NCBI GenBank assembly: GCA_965247775.1
Contig: OZ252031.1
Coordinates: forward strand, 1,692,855-1,756,854
DNA length: 64,000 nucleotides
From: Dehalococcoidia bacterium
GTDB taxonomy: Bacteria; Chloroflexota; Dehalococcoidia; Bin125
Reading direction: 5' to 3'
Position numbers and translations under genes: made by a program. Below are positions 1 to 8,770 of the stretch, piece after piece (the stretch's first letter is position 1; every line of letters starts with the position of its first letter). The notes beneath the pieces are model-generated. The model made no database searches, was not told the DNA's origin, and saw only the letters and a program-made list of their open reading frames with translations.

Positions 1-5
1 CTCGC

Positions 6-1286
6 TCATGGGGCGGCTCCTCGTGAGGCCGCGAAGAGGTGGTCGCGGAGGGTGGCGGGGTCGGGGTCGGGAGCGGCCTCGGCACGTTCCAGGGCCTGGA
101 GGACTTCCGTGGTCGCTTCTTCATCGAGCTGGGCGGCGTGCTCGTCGGTAAGGATGCCGTCGTGGCGGAGGTGCTCGCGGAAGCGGTCGATGGGATCGCG
201 CTTGAGCCACATCTCCAGTTCGGCGCGGGGCCGGTAGCGGCGGTCGTCGTCGTCGGAGGAGTGGGGGACGGTGCGGTAGGTCTTGAGTTCGAGGATGACG
301 GGGCCGCCGTCGGCGCGCGTCTCCTGCACGATCTGATGCATGTTGCGGTACACGAGCAGAAGGTCGTTGCCATCGACGACGAGGCCCCGGATCGCGTAGG
401 CGGCGGCCCGGTCGGCGACATCGCGGATGGCCATCTCCTTCTCCTGCACTTCGGTGAGGGCGTAGCCGTTGTTCTCGACGACGAGGATGAAGGGGAGGTT
501 GTGGACGGCGGCGAAGTTGAGGCCCTCGTGGAAGTCGCCCTGGGAGGTGGAGCCCTCGCCGATGTAGGCGACGGCGACGGCGTCCTCGCCCTTGAGCTTG
601 GAGGCCCAGGCGAGGCCGGCCGCGATGGGGATCTGGGTGCCGACGGTGGAGGACTGGGAGACGACGCGCAGTTCCTTGTCGTTCCAGTGGGCGGGCATTT
701 GCCGGCCACCGGAATTGGGGTCGGTGGCCTTGGCGAGGACGTTGAGCATCAGTTCATCGACGGTCATGCCGAGGGTGAGCATGACGCCGATGTCGCGGTA
801 GTAGGGCAGGGCCCAGTCCTTGCCTGGAGTGAGCGCCGCGGCGGTGCCGACCTGGGCCGCCTCCTGGCCCTGGCCGGTGATCACGAAGGGGGCGCGGCCC
901 TGGCGGTTGAGGGTGAACCAGCGCTCGGCGACGCGGCGGCTGAGGAGCATCAGGTACCACATCTCGACGAGGGCGTCGTTGGGGAGGCCGAAGTGGGGAT
1001 GGGTTTCGGCGGCGCGGCGGGCGCGGCGGCGGCGGGCGGGGGCGGGCGCTTGCAAGGGAATGCGGACGCGGGGGGGACCGCTGTAGGGATCCGCGGCGGC
1101 GGCGGCGCGCCGGGAACGTGTGGCTGGGGCCTTGCGGGCTGGGGCCTTGCGGGCGGGCTGCTTGGGGGCCGTTTTGCCGCCGGCGGCCTTGCGCGACGTG
1201 GCTTTGCGGGTTTGGGCTTTGCGGGCCGTCTTCTTCGCCTTCTTGGCGCCGGGAGCGGTCCGCGAGCGTGCGCTCCGCGTCGCCAT
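6..1286 (-). CDS. 2-oxoacid (pyruvate/branched-chain) dehydrogenase E1 component alpha subunit, TPP-dependent, with a Lys/Ala-rich N-terminal tail
   Basis: The motifs GEGSTSQGDFHEGLNFAAVHNLPFILVVENNGYA and YRTVPHSSDDD are typical of E1alpha. ATG at 1286 is preceded by ggagcggagg (RBS-like) and lies downstream of the lpd stop at 1322, so the track's longer 1418 start is unlikely. AAG-biased Lys codons in the tail indicate it is translated. Confidence 0.8.
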   Translation of the reverse strand: MATRSARSRTAPGAKKAKKTARKAQTRKATSRKAAGGKTAPKQPARKAPARKAPATRSRRAAAAADPYSGPPRVRIPLQAPAPARRRRARRAAETHPHFGLPNDALVEMWYLMLLSRRVAERWFTLNRQGRAPFVITGQGQEAAQVGTAAALTPGKDWALPYYRDIGVMLTLGMTVDELMLNVLAKATDPNSGGRQMPAHWNDKELRVVSQSSTVGTQIPIAAGLAWASKLKGEDAVAVAYIGEGSTSQGDFHEGLNFAAVHNLPFILVVENNGYALTEVQEKEMAIRDVADRAAAYAIRGLVVDGNDLLLVYRNMHQIVQETRADGGPVILELKTYRTVPHSSDDDDRRYRPRAELEMWLKRDPIDRFREHLRHDGILTDEHAAQLDEEATTEVLQALERAEAAPDPDPATLRDHLFAASRGAAP

Positions 1287-1321
1287 GGCGTGCCTCCGCT
1301 CCGCGGCCCGGGCGGGCCGGG

Positions 1322-2719
1322 CTACAAGCGCATCTTGGGGCGCAGCGCGGCTTGCGCGGCCTCGCCGAAGACCTCGGCGACGGTGGGATGCGCCTGGACG
1401 ACGGCGCCCAGCTCCCAAAGTGACGCGTCCATAAAGCCGCCCAACGCGGGCTGCCCGATCATCTCCGTGGCCTCAGGCCCCACGATCTGGCAGCCGAGGA
1501 GGTCGCCGGATTCGGCGTCGGCGACGACCTTGACGAAACCGTCGGCGTCGTCGTGGATGAGGGCGCGGGCGTTGGTGCGGAAGTGCGCGCGGCCGGTCTT
1601 GACGGCGCGGCCGGCCTCCTTGGCCTGGGCCTCGCTGAGGCCGATGGAGGCGACCTCGGGGCTGGTGTAGACGGCGCGGGGCATCCAGACGGGGTCGGGC
1701 GGGGGCGGGCTCTTCTGCAGCAGGCGCTCGGCGACGTAGCGGCCCTGGGCGGCGGCGGCGTGAGCCAACTGCAGGCCGCCCGTGACATCGCCAACGGCGT
1801 AGACGTTGGGGACGTTGGTGCGCATTTCCGCGTCGACGGGGACGGCGCCGCCGTAGGTGGTGACGCCGGCCTCGGCGGGGGCGAGGGCCTCTGAGCGGGG
1901 GCGGCGGCCGGTGGCGATGAGGAGGACATCGGCGGTCGCGCTGCGACGCGCGCCGCCGACTTCGTAGTCCAGGGTGACGTCGCTGGGGCCGACCCGGACG
2001 CTGTCGGCGTCGATGGCGGCGGCGGTCTGTACGTCGACGCCGCGGGCGGCGAGTTGCTTGGCGAGGGCGCGCGCGACGTCACGGTCCTCCTGGGGGAGGA
2101 TCTGCGCTTCGAGTTCGAGCAGGGTGACGTGCGAACCGAGGTCGATCCAGCAGGAGGCGAATTCGACGCCGAGCGCGCCGGCGCCGACGATGATGGCGTG
2201 CGCGGGCGGGGGGAGGTCGATGGCGTGGTCGGAGGTAATGATGCGGGCGCCGTCGACGGGGAGGAAGGGGAGGCTGGCGGGCTGGGAGCCGGTGGCGATC
2301 AGCAGGGCAGCGGCTGTGAGATCGGCGCCGGGGCCGCCCGCCGAGGGCTGCACGCGGACGCTGGTGGGGGCGGTCATGCGGGCGGTGCCGTCGATGCGCT
2401 CGATCTTGGCGAGGTCCAAGGCTTGCGTCATGCCCGTGTGGAGGCGGTCGACGACGCCGTTCTTGAAGTCGATGGCGGCGGGCCAGTCGATCTCGGGCTC
2501 GGACAGGCGGACGCCGTGGGCGGGGCCTCGGCGGGCGCGGCGGGCGAGGGCGGCGGTTTCGAGCAGGGCTTTGGTGGGGATGCAGCCACGGTGGAGGCAG
2601 ACGCCCCCGACCTTGTCCTGCTCGACGAGGGCGACGCGACCGCCGTTCTGGGCGAGCGTCTGGGCAGCGGTGTAGCCGCCCCAGCCCCCACCGACGACGA
2701 TCAGGTCGAAATCGGCCAT
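1322..2719 (-). CDS. lpd: dihydrolipoyl dehydrogenase (E3)
   Basis: FAD-binding GGGWGGY, redox-active CLHRGCIPTK, and the C-terminal HPTVAEV dimerisation motif. Full-length, 465 aa. Confidence 0.9.
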   Translation of the reverse strand: MADFDLIVVGGGWGGYTAAQTLAQNGGRVALVEQDKVGGVCLHRGCIPTKALLETAALARRARRGPAHGVRLSEPEIDWPAAIDFKNGVVDRLHTGMTQALDLAKIERIDGTARMTAPTSVRVQPSAGGPGADLTAAALLIATGSQPASLPFLPVDGARIITSDHAIDLPPPAHAIIVGAGALGVEFASCWIDLGSHVTLLELEAQILPQEDRDVARALAKQLAARGVDVQTAAAIDADSVRVGPSDVTLDYEVGGARRSATADVLLIATGRRPRSEALAPAEAGVTTYGGAVPVDAEMRTNVPNVYAVGDVTGGLQLAHAAAAQGRYVAERLLQKSPPPPDPVWMPRAVYTSPEVASIGLSEAQAKEAGRAVKTGRAHFRTNARALIHDDADGFVKVVADAESGDLLGCQIVGPEATEMIGQPALGGFMDASLWELGAVVQAHPTVAEVFGEAAQAALRPKMRL

Positions 2720-2750
2720 GTCTTCATCCTAGCCCGCGATGGCGGGGGCG

Positions 2751-4088
2751 TCAGACGCGGAGGGCGTCGAGCTGGTCGGGGCGGGGCCGGTAGAGGCGGC
2801 GCTGAGGGGTGGGGCGCATCTCGTACATGTTGGTGCGCTCGGCGGCGTTGAGGAGGACCGGCATGAAGTCCTCGCCGCGGAGATGACCGAGGCCGCCGCG
2901 CGTGACGGAGCGTTCGTCGTAGCGGGTGACGTCGTCGACGCGGACGTTGCCACCGCGGATGGCGATGGGACCGGGCTCGCCGCCGTGCTGATCGGAGAAC
3001 TGGCCGCGGGGGATGCCGGCCCAGACGGAGGGGGTGGTGTGATCGGTGGTGAGGACGGTGACGAGTCCAGGGTCGTCGGCCATCTGGCGCCAGAAGTCGG
3101 CCATGGCGCGGTCGAGCGCTTCGAGCGCTTCGACGCAGCGGGGCGGATCGTTGTCGTGGGACATGGGGTCGGGGTACTTGGTGTGGAGATGAATGAACTC
3201 GTAGCCCTCGGCGAGGAGGCGGCGGGCCTCGGCGAGGCGGTTGCGGAGATCGGTTTCGGGGTCCTCGTCGGTGATCGGGACGAGGTGGAAGCCCATCTCG
3301 TGCATGAGGCCGTGGACGACCTCTTCGTCGGGGAGTGAGGCGGGGCGGAGGCCCCACTTCTCCTGGAAGGGCTCGAGGGCGGGGACCGGCCCAGCCCACT
3401 TGGTGATGAGGGCGTTGATGGGGGAGGCGCGGTCCGCCGCGTTGGGGGTGGCGGCGGGGTGGTCGCGGAGGGTGCGATGGGCCCAGGCGAGGTAGCCGTT
3501 GAGGGCGGCCGCGGTGCGCTGGGCGTTGGCATCGGCGGCGGCTTCGGCGCGGGGGCGGACGCGGAGGACGGGGAGGTCCAGGCCGAGGGGGTCGGCGTCG
3601 GTGATGGCGAAGGAGGCGCCGCCGGCGATGAAGAGGATGCCGTCGCCGCGAGCGCTGTAGGTGTAGCGGAAGCGGAGGCCGCCGGATTCGTAGTGGCCGA
3701 TGGCGGCGGCGAGGGGGGCGCAGGCGTCCTCGCGGCCGTGCACGAAGCGCTGGATGAGGGTGAGGCGGCCGTCCTGGACCTGGGCGCAGGCGAGACGGGC
3801 GGCGAGCATGATCTCGCCGGGGTCGAGGTCGTAGCCGCGCGCGCGGGCGATGAGGGGGCCGCGGTCGGGGAACTGCGCCTCCGGATAGCCGAAGAGGAGG
3901 TGCAGGGCGATGGGGCTGCCGAGGGGGTAGCCGGGGCTCTTGGCGTGCAGGGTGCCGGTGACGCCCTCGGCGGCGAGGCGGTCGATGTGGGGGGTGTGCG
4001 CGGCCTCAAGGGGGGTCTTGCCACCGAGTTCGGCGGCGGGGCGGTCGCCGAGACCGTCGTAGAAGATGACGAGGAGTCTGAGGCTCAC
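2751..4088 (-). CDS. apgM: 2,3-bisphosphoglycerate-independent phosphoglycerate mutase, archaeal-type (iPGM-A family)
   Basis: LVIFYDGLGDRP, ELGGKTPLEAAHTPHIDRLA and TTDHTTP metalloenzyme motifs. The GTG start at 4088 overlaps the upstream TGA (GTGA), implying translational coupling. The remainder of the 663-aa track ORF is a Pro/Arg-rich shadow. Confidence 0.7.
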   Translation of the reverse strand: MSLRLLVIFYDGLGDRPAAELGGKTPLEAAHTPHIDRLAAEGVTGTLHAKSPGYPLGSPIALHLLFGYPEAQFPDRGPLIARARGYDLDPGEIMLAARLACAQVQDGRLTLIQRFVHGREDACAPLAAAIGHYESGGLRFRYTYSARGDGILFIAGGASFAITDADPLGLDLPVLRVRPRAEAAADANAQRTAAALNGYLAWAHRTLRDHPAATPNAADRASPINALITKWAGPVPALEPFQEKWGLRPASLPDEEVVHGLMHEMGFHLVPITDEDPETDLRNRLAEARRLLAEGYEFIHLHTKYPDPMSHDNDPPRCVEALEALDRAMADFWRQMADDPGLVTVLTTDHTTPSVWAGIPRGQFSDQHGGEPGPIAIRGGNVRVDDVTRYDERSVTRGGLGHLRGEDFMPVLLNAAERTNMYEMRPTPQRRLYRPRPDQLDALRV

Positions 4089-4621
4089 AGGGCGGCGTCC
4101 TGCCGGATTTCGTCGATGACGCGGGCGACACCAGGGGGCACCAGCGCACGCCAGTCCCCCCCGGCCGCGAGCCGGGCGCGGATCTCCGTGGCCTCGACGG
4201 CCTTGCCGGCGCCGGGGGTGAGGATCTCCACCTGATAGCCGGCCGCACGCAGGCGATCGGCCTTGGTCCGCTCCCAGGCGGAGAAGACGCGGACGAACTG
4301 AACGGCGTCCGGCGGGACGTAGTGGCGCCAGCGATCGGGGAGGTTGATGGGGAAGGGGATGAAGATGATGCGCTCCAGGGGGACGGCGGCGTCGATGAGG
4401 GTCTCGCGGATCATGCGCTGGCGCTGGAAGAAGGTATAGGGGTTGGCGTCGTCGCGGTGGCGGTGGCCGGAAGTGGCCTCGCGCGTGATCTGGGAGGGGT
4501 CCGGGTTGGTGATGCCGATGATGAGCGTCCGGCAGCGCTCCCGGGCGAGGCGGCAGTACTCCCAGTGGCCGTTGTGGAAGGGCTGGAAGCGGCCGTGCAT
4601 CATGCCGAAGCGGGGCAGCAT
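4085..4621 (-). CDS. cytidylyltransferase-like nucleotidyltransferase (archaeal NMNAT-like, HxGH motif)
   Basis: FGMMHGRFQPFHNGH is the H-x-G-H nucleotidyltransferase signature. 178 aa; tightly coupled to the flanking genes. Confidence 0.65.
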   Translation of the reverse strand: MLPRFGMMHGRFQPFHNGHWEYCRLARERCRTLIIGITNPDPSQITREATSGHRHRDDANPYTFFQRQRMIRETLIDAAVPLERIIFIPFPINLPDRWRHYVPPDAVQFVRVFSAWERTKADRLRAAGYQVEILTPGAGKAVEATEIRARLAAGGDWRALVPPGVARVIDEIRQDAAL

Positions 4622-4623
4622 GG

Positions 4624-4866
4624 TCAGCCGCGGCCGACGAAGTGGGCGCTGGTACCGGCGTGCAGCTCGGCGGCTTCCCTAACGGTCTCGGAGAGGGTGG
4701 GGTGGGCGTGGATGCTGTGGCGCAGGTCCTCGGCGCGGGCACCCATCTCGACGGCGCGGAGGAGGTCCGGGAGGGAGGTGATCCAGTCCTCAGCCTCGAG
4801 CCAGTCGCCGGCGGAGAGGCCGTCGGGAGGGAAGGAGACGGGAACGGGGGTGCGGTCCGTACTCAT
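4624..4866 (-). pseudogene. orphan C-terminal dimerisation-domain fragment (80 aa) of a pyridine nucleotide-disulfide oxidoreductase (lpd/merA/gor-like)
   Basis: [32 protein letters not shown] matches the C-terminal interface motif of E3-family flavoenzymes. There is no upstream FAD/NAD domain. Its stop lies 2 nt from the next gene's start. Confidence 0.5.
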
Positions 4867-5094
4867 GCGCCTCCCGCAACCACCCTCACCCTGCCCCGCG
4901 GCCAGCCCTCAGCAGCCGTGCCGTTCCCGATGGCGTCCCGTTCAGCGTAGGGCACAGGCCGCGGGGCCGCCGAGAGACGCCGTCGACAGATGGGGCCATG
5001 CTTTATGGGGACAGGGCTCTATGGGGACAGGCCGAGGCCGGCTGTCCTAGCCTGGCGGCGCGGACCCACAGGGCGGGCGCCGAAAGGAGCGGCG

Positions 5095-5349
5095 ATGACG
5101 GAGCAGGAGCCGGCGGGGACGGGGGCGGACGAAGGGGCGGAGGGCGAAGAGCGCGAGCCGGAGATCCGGGCGTCGGACCGGTTCACGATCAACGGCAAGC
5201 CGCTGCCGTTCGGAGAGTTCGTGTCGGCGACGATGTCGCAGATGCCGTGGCGCGAGCCGACGGCGCTGGAGCCGCAGCCAGAGCCCGAGCCGTGGGACGT
5301 GATCTGGCTGTCGCGGGTTCCGGCGGGAGAGGAGCCAGCGGAGGCGTGA
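5095..5349 (+). CDS. hypothetical acidic small protein
   Basis: ATG preceded by the strong RBS aaaggagc; high GC3; 84 aa. Confidence 0.5.
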   Translation: MTEQEPAGTGADEGAEGEEREPEIRASDRFTINGKPLPFGEFVSATMSQMPWREPTALEPQPEPEPWDVIWLSRVPAGEEPAEA

Positions 5350-5407
5350 GGGGCGGGGGTGGGCGCGTGCCGGCGGCGGGGGCGGGGCCGCAGGGAGTGC
5401 TGCGGGG

Positions 5408-6025
5408 ATGATGCCCTCGACGACGCTGGGCTGGATCGTGATCAGCCTGGCGACGCTGGTGATCGCCGTGGGGGGCTTCGTGGCGGTGATGGTGATCCTG
5501 GTGTTCGTGGGTGGGCCGACTTCGACGGCGGTGTGCGGGGAGCGGGCGCTGGCGGTGGGATCGGGGGCGGGGCTGCGCTTCGACGGTCGCTGGGACGGCT
5601 TCGACGCGTTCCTGGACACGGGAGTGCCCGAGAGCCTGGACCTGGAAGAGGCGGAGGTGACGGAGCGGGCGCGCAGCTTCCTCACCGTGGAGAACGATGT
5701 GGACGAGATCCGGGACGTGGTGGTGTGCTTCTTGGGCCCGGAGGAGGCGGGCGGGCTGGGACGGGGTGAGCTTCGGGGGAAGGTGGCGATCCCGGTCCTG
5801 CCGGACGTGAGCGGGCGGGTGCGGGGCCGGCTGGACCTGAGTGGGCCGCAGCCGGCTCTGGAGGTGACGGACATCGATCTGGGAAGCGTGCCGGGCTTCC
5901 TGACGTCGAGGGCGGGGGGGGCGATCGAGGAGGCGATCAATGCGGCGCTGGCGGACGTGGCGTTGCAGCACCACTACACGATCGACTTCTTCGAGGGGTT
6001 CGTGCGGATCAATGGGCGGCCCTAG
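5408..6025 (+). CDS. hypothetical membrane-anchored protein
   Basis: N-terminal TM helix (WIVISLATLVIAVGGFVAVMVILVF) and coding-like composition. The overlapping long minus-strand ORFs are Pro/Arg shadow ORFs. Confidence 0.55.
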   Translation: MMPSTTLGWIVISLATLVIAVGGFVAVMVILVFVGGPTSTAVCGERALAVGSGAGLRFDGRWDGFDAFLDTGVPESLDLEEAEVTERARSFLTVENDVDEIRDVVVCFLGPEEAGGLGRGELRGKVAIPVLPDVSGRVRGRLDLSGPQPALEVTDIDLGSVPGFLTSRAGGAIEEAINAALADVALQHHYTIDFFEGFVRINGRP

Positions 6026-6112
6026 CGGGGACGGGCCCGGGGGGCGACGGGGCGGACCCGGGCGCGGCATCGGAAGGGTCCGGCGGGGAGGGTAGCGCGA
6101 TTTGCTCGCGTT

Positions 6113-7228
6113 ATGGATACTCGGCGACGGGGGGGCGCTGCGCGGATGCAGATGACGCTGCTGGCCGGATTGGCGTTGCTGGCGGGGACGCTGGCCCTGG
6201 CCCTGGCCTTTGGGGGCGCCACGGCGCCGGCGGATGGCGGCGCACGTGCGGGAGCCGCGTTGGCGGCGGCGGAAGCGGACGTGGAACGCGCTGCGGGTGG
6301 GGCGGGGGCGGCGGACGACGCTGCGGGGAACGAGGAGGCCGCCGCCCAGGGGGCCGTCGGGGCCGAGAGGGCCGGGCCGGAACGTCCGGCGGCGGAGGCG
6401 GAAGGGCAGGGCCGCGCGGCGGCGGCGGCGGCGGCGGAGCCGCGACGGCTGATCGTGGTCGACGCGGGGCATGGGGGAGCGAGCAGGGGGGCGGTGCGGC
6501 ACGGAGTGATCGAGCGGGACTCGAACCTGGAGATGGCGTTGCGGGTGGAGGGGCTGCTGGTGGCGGCGGGGTTCGATGTGATCCTGACGCGGCGGGGCGA
6601 GGAGCGGGTGGCGGCGGTCCCGAACCTCCCGGAGGTGCCCGAGTCGTTGGTGAACCGGCGGGACTTGCAGGCACGGGTGGACCTGGCGAACGCGGTGGGG
6701 GCGGATCTGTTCATCGCGATCCACTCGAATGGGGCGTCGGATCCGGCGGCGAGCGGGATTGAGGTCTGGTTCGACGGGCGGCGGGCGTTCGCGGCGAGGA
6801 ACGAGAGGCTGGCGCAGGCGCTGCAGGGGAGGTTGGTGTCGGCGGTGGAGCGGGAAACGGGCTGGCGGCCATGGGACCGAGGGGTACGGGAGGACAGTTG
6901 CTGGAACATCTCGGAGCGGAACGGGGAGTGCTCGCCGCTGTTCGTGCTGGGGCCGGCGCAGGAGGTGAAGCGATCGGATGTCGTGCGGCTGGGGATCGAT
7001 CCGGGAGCGCTGGGGTTCGCGCCGGGGCAGGAGCGGCTGATCACGCGGCCGACGCGGATGCCGGCGGCGCTGGTGGAGCTGCTGTTCATCACGCATCCGT
7101 TCGAGGCAGCGAAGCTGAAGGACGAGGCGACGCGGCAGGCGCTGGCGCTGGGGATCGTGGAGGGGATCGTGCAGTACTTCAGGGAGCAGACGCTGGTGAC
7201 GGAGGCGCCGGCCGCCGGGGCAGGGTAG
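6113..7228 (+). CDS. N-acetylmuramoyl-L-alanine amidase (Amidase_3 family) with Ala-rich linker
   Basis: Catalytic domain with LIVVDAGHGG ... ADLFIAIHSNG. Signal-like MQMTLLAGLALLAG; an alternative start at ATG 6146 is possible. Confidence 0.75.
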   Translation: MDTRRRGGAARMQMTLLAGLALLAGTLALALAFGGATAPADGGARAGAALAAAEADVERAAGGAGAADDAAGNEEAAAQGAVGAERAGPERPAAEAEGQGRAAAAAAAEPRRLIVVDAGHGGASRGAVRHGVIERDSNLEMALRVEGLLVAAGFDVILTRRGEERVAAVPNLPEVPESLVNRRDLQARVDLANAVGADLFIAIHSNGASDPAASGIEVWFDGRRAFAARNERLAQALQGRLVSAVERETGWRPWDRGVREDSCWNISERNGECSPLFVLGPAQEVKRSDVVRLGIDPGALGFAPGQERLITRPTRMPAALVELLFITHPFEAAKLKDEATRQALALGIVEGIVQYFREQTLVTEAPAAGAG

Positions 7229-7229
7229 G

Positions 7230-7470
7230 CCGCGCGGGGCGGGCGGCGGGGTTGACTAGGCCGCGCGGGGGGCGCGGCGGGGTTGACTGGGCCGCGCGGG
7301 GGGCGCGGCGGGGTTGACTGGGCCGCGCGGGGGGCGCGGCGGGGTTGACTGGGCCGCGCGGGGGGCGCGGCGGGGTTGACTGGGCCGCGCGGGGGGCGCG
7401 GCGGGGTTGACTGGGCCGCGCGGGGGGCGCGGCGGGGTTGACTGGGCCGCGCGGGGGGCGCGGCGGGGGG
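7230..7470. repeat. 31-bp perfect tandem direct repeat, about 7.7 copies; each unit ccgcgcggggggcgcggcggggttgactggg contains TTGACT
   Basis: Read directly from the sequence. The unit length is not a multiple of 3 and the array is intergenic between the amidase stop (7228) and the amidohydrolase start (7509). Confidence 0.9.
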
Positions 7471-7508
7471 ACGACGGTTTCGCTAGCCTGCGCGTGAAGG
7501 GGGACAGC

Positions 7509-8666
7509 ATGCCGCGCGATCACCTCTATTACTCCTGCGACTCGCACTTCGTGGAGGCGGCGGAAGTGTTCCAGGGGCACGAGGAGCGCTTCGGGGAGCG
7601 GGCGCCACAGATCGTGCAGGACCCGCCCGGGCGGGAGGGGATCTACGTGGTCTTCCCGCGGCAGGAGGTCCTGCTGCCGGTGGGGCGCTTCGGGATCGCG
7701 GGGCGGCGGCTGGACGACCCGGAAACGCGGGAGCGGATCAAGCACGGCTGGACGTACCTGAACCCCGGCGTGCAGGATCCGGTGGCGCGGCTGCGGGAGC
7801 AGGCGGAGGACGGGATCGTGGGGGAGGTGATGTACCCGAGCATCAACATGTTCACCTTCTCCTACCCGGACCGGGAGGTGACGCAGGCGGTGTTCCGGCG
7901 GCACAACGACTGGGTAGCGGACTACCAGAGCCATTCGCCGGAGCGGCTGATCGGGGCGGCGTGCATCCCGCTGCCGGACATGGAGGAGTCGTTGCGGGAG
8001 TTCGATCGGTGCCTGAAGAAGGGGCTGCGGGCGTTCGCGCTGCCCTGTACGGCGCCGCCGGATCTGCCCTTCAGCGATCCGCACTACGAGCCGTTCTGGT
8101 CGGCGGCGGAGGAGGCGGGGGTCCCGCTGTCGATGCACATCTTCTGCGGGTCGGAGTGGGGGATGAGCCTGCCGAAGCACTGGAACTCGATCTCGTCGTA
8201 CGCGCTGAGCCTGTCGGCGATGGCGTGGACGGCGGAGACGCTGATCACGGGGGGCGTGTTCGCGCGGCATCCGGGGCTGCGGGTGGTGTTCGCGGAGTGG
8301 GAGACGGGCTGGATCGCGCACTGGCTGGATCGTCTGGACCACGCGGCGTACCGGACGCCGAAGGCGGCGTCGGGGGAGATGGAGGGGAAGCCGTCGGAGT
8401 ATTTCGCGCGGCACTGCTGGGTAACGTTCGAGGACGACGCGATCGGGATCCGGACGCGCGACCTGATCGGGGTGGAGCGGATGGCGTGGGGCAACGACTA
8501 CCCGCACCACGATTCGATCTGGCCTCACAGCATGGCGACGCTGGATCGGATCATGGAGGGGGTGCCGGAGGCGGAGGAGCGGGCGATGACGTGGGGCAAC
8601 GTGGCGGGGCTGTACGGGCTGGACGAGTCGGAGCTGCGGGCGGCCTGCAGGGAGGTGTCGGGGTAG
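7509..8666 (+). CDS. amidohydrolase-2 family metal-dependent hydrolase (ACMSD-like)
   Basis: ATG at 7509 is preceded by aagggggac. TIM-barrel amidohydrolase_2-like sequence with His/Asp metal ligands (HH...D). Confidence 0.7.
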   Translation: MPRDHLYYSCDSHFVEAAEVFQGHEERFGERAPQIVQDPPGREGIYVVFPRQEVLLPVGRFGIAGRRLDDPETRERIKHGWTYLNPGVQDPVARLREQAEDGIVGEVMYPSINMFTFSYPDREVTQAVFRRHNDWVADYQSHSPERLIGAACIPLPDMEESLREFDRCLKKGLRAFALPCTAPPDLPFSDPHYEPFWSAAEEAGVPLSMHIFCGSEWGMSLPKHWNSISSYALSLSAMAWTAETLITGGVFARHPGLRVVFAEWETGWIAHWLDRLDHAAYRTPKAASGEMEGKPSEYFARHCWVTFEDDAIGIRTRDLIGVERMAWGNDYPHHDSIWPHSMATLDRIMEGVPEAEERAMTWGNVAGLYGLDESELRAACREVSG

Positions 8667-8760
8667 GGGGTGGCGGGGTAGGGGGTGGCGGGGAAGGGGA
8701 AGGCGGGGAAGGGGAAAGCGAAGCCGGGGGGCGGGGCCGATAGGATGGGGTCCGGACGAT
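8667..8760. repeat. G-rich purine low-complexity tract (imperfect 15-17-bp repeats; G-quadruplex-prone)
   Basis: gggtagggggtggcgg x2 then ggaaggggaaggcgg x2. Lies immediately upstream of the RBS of the NHL selenoprotein gene. Confidence 0.6.
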
Positions 8761-8770
8761 AGGAGCCCGC

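Noticed and set aside
2729-4742. Track ORFs of 431 and 663 aa; the 663-aa ORF fuses apgM with a 218-aa Pro/Arg-rich N-terminus
   Set aside because: Only the portion from GTG 4088 is protein-like. The upstream part is the antisense or alternate frame of the nucleotidyltransferase gene. The GTGA overlap gives a clean coupled start.
5047-7096. Very long minus-strand ORFs (297 and 635 aa) rich in Pro/Arg/His overlapping the amidase and neighbouring genes
   Set aside because: Typical antisense shadow ORFs of a 70% GC genome. They have no protein-family features and sit opposite strongly supported plus-strand genes.
7230-7470. The 31-bp repeat array as a CRISPR locus
   Set aside because: The units are contiguous with no unique spacers and the repeat has no CRISPR-like palindrome. 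It is a plain tandem repeat.
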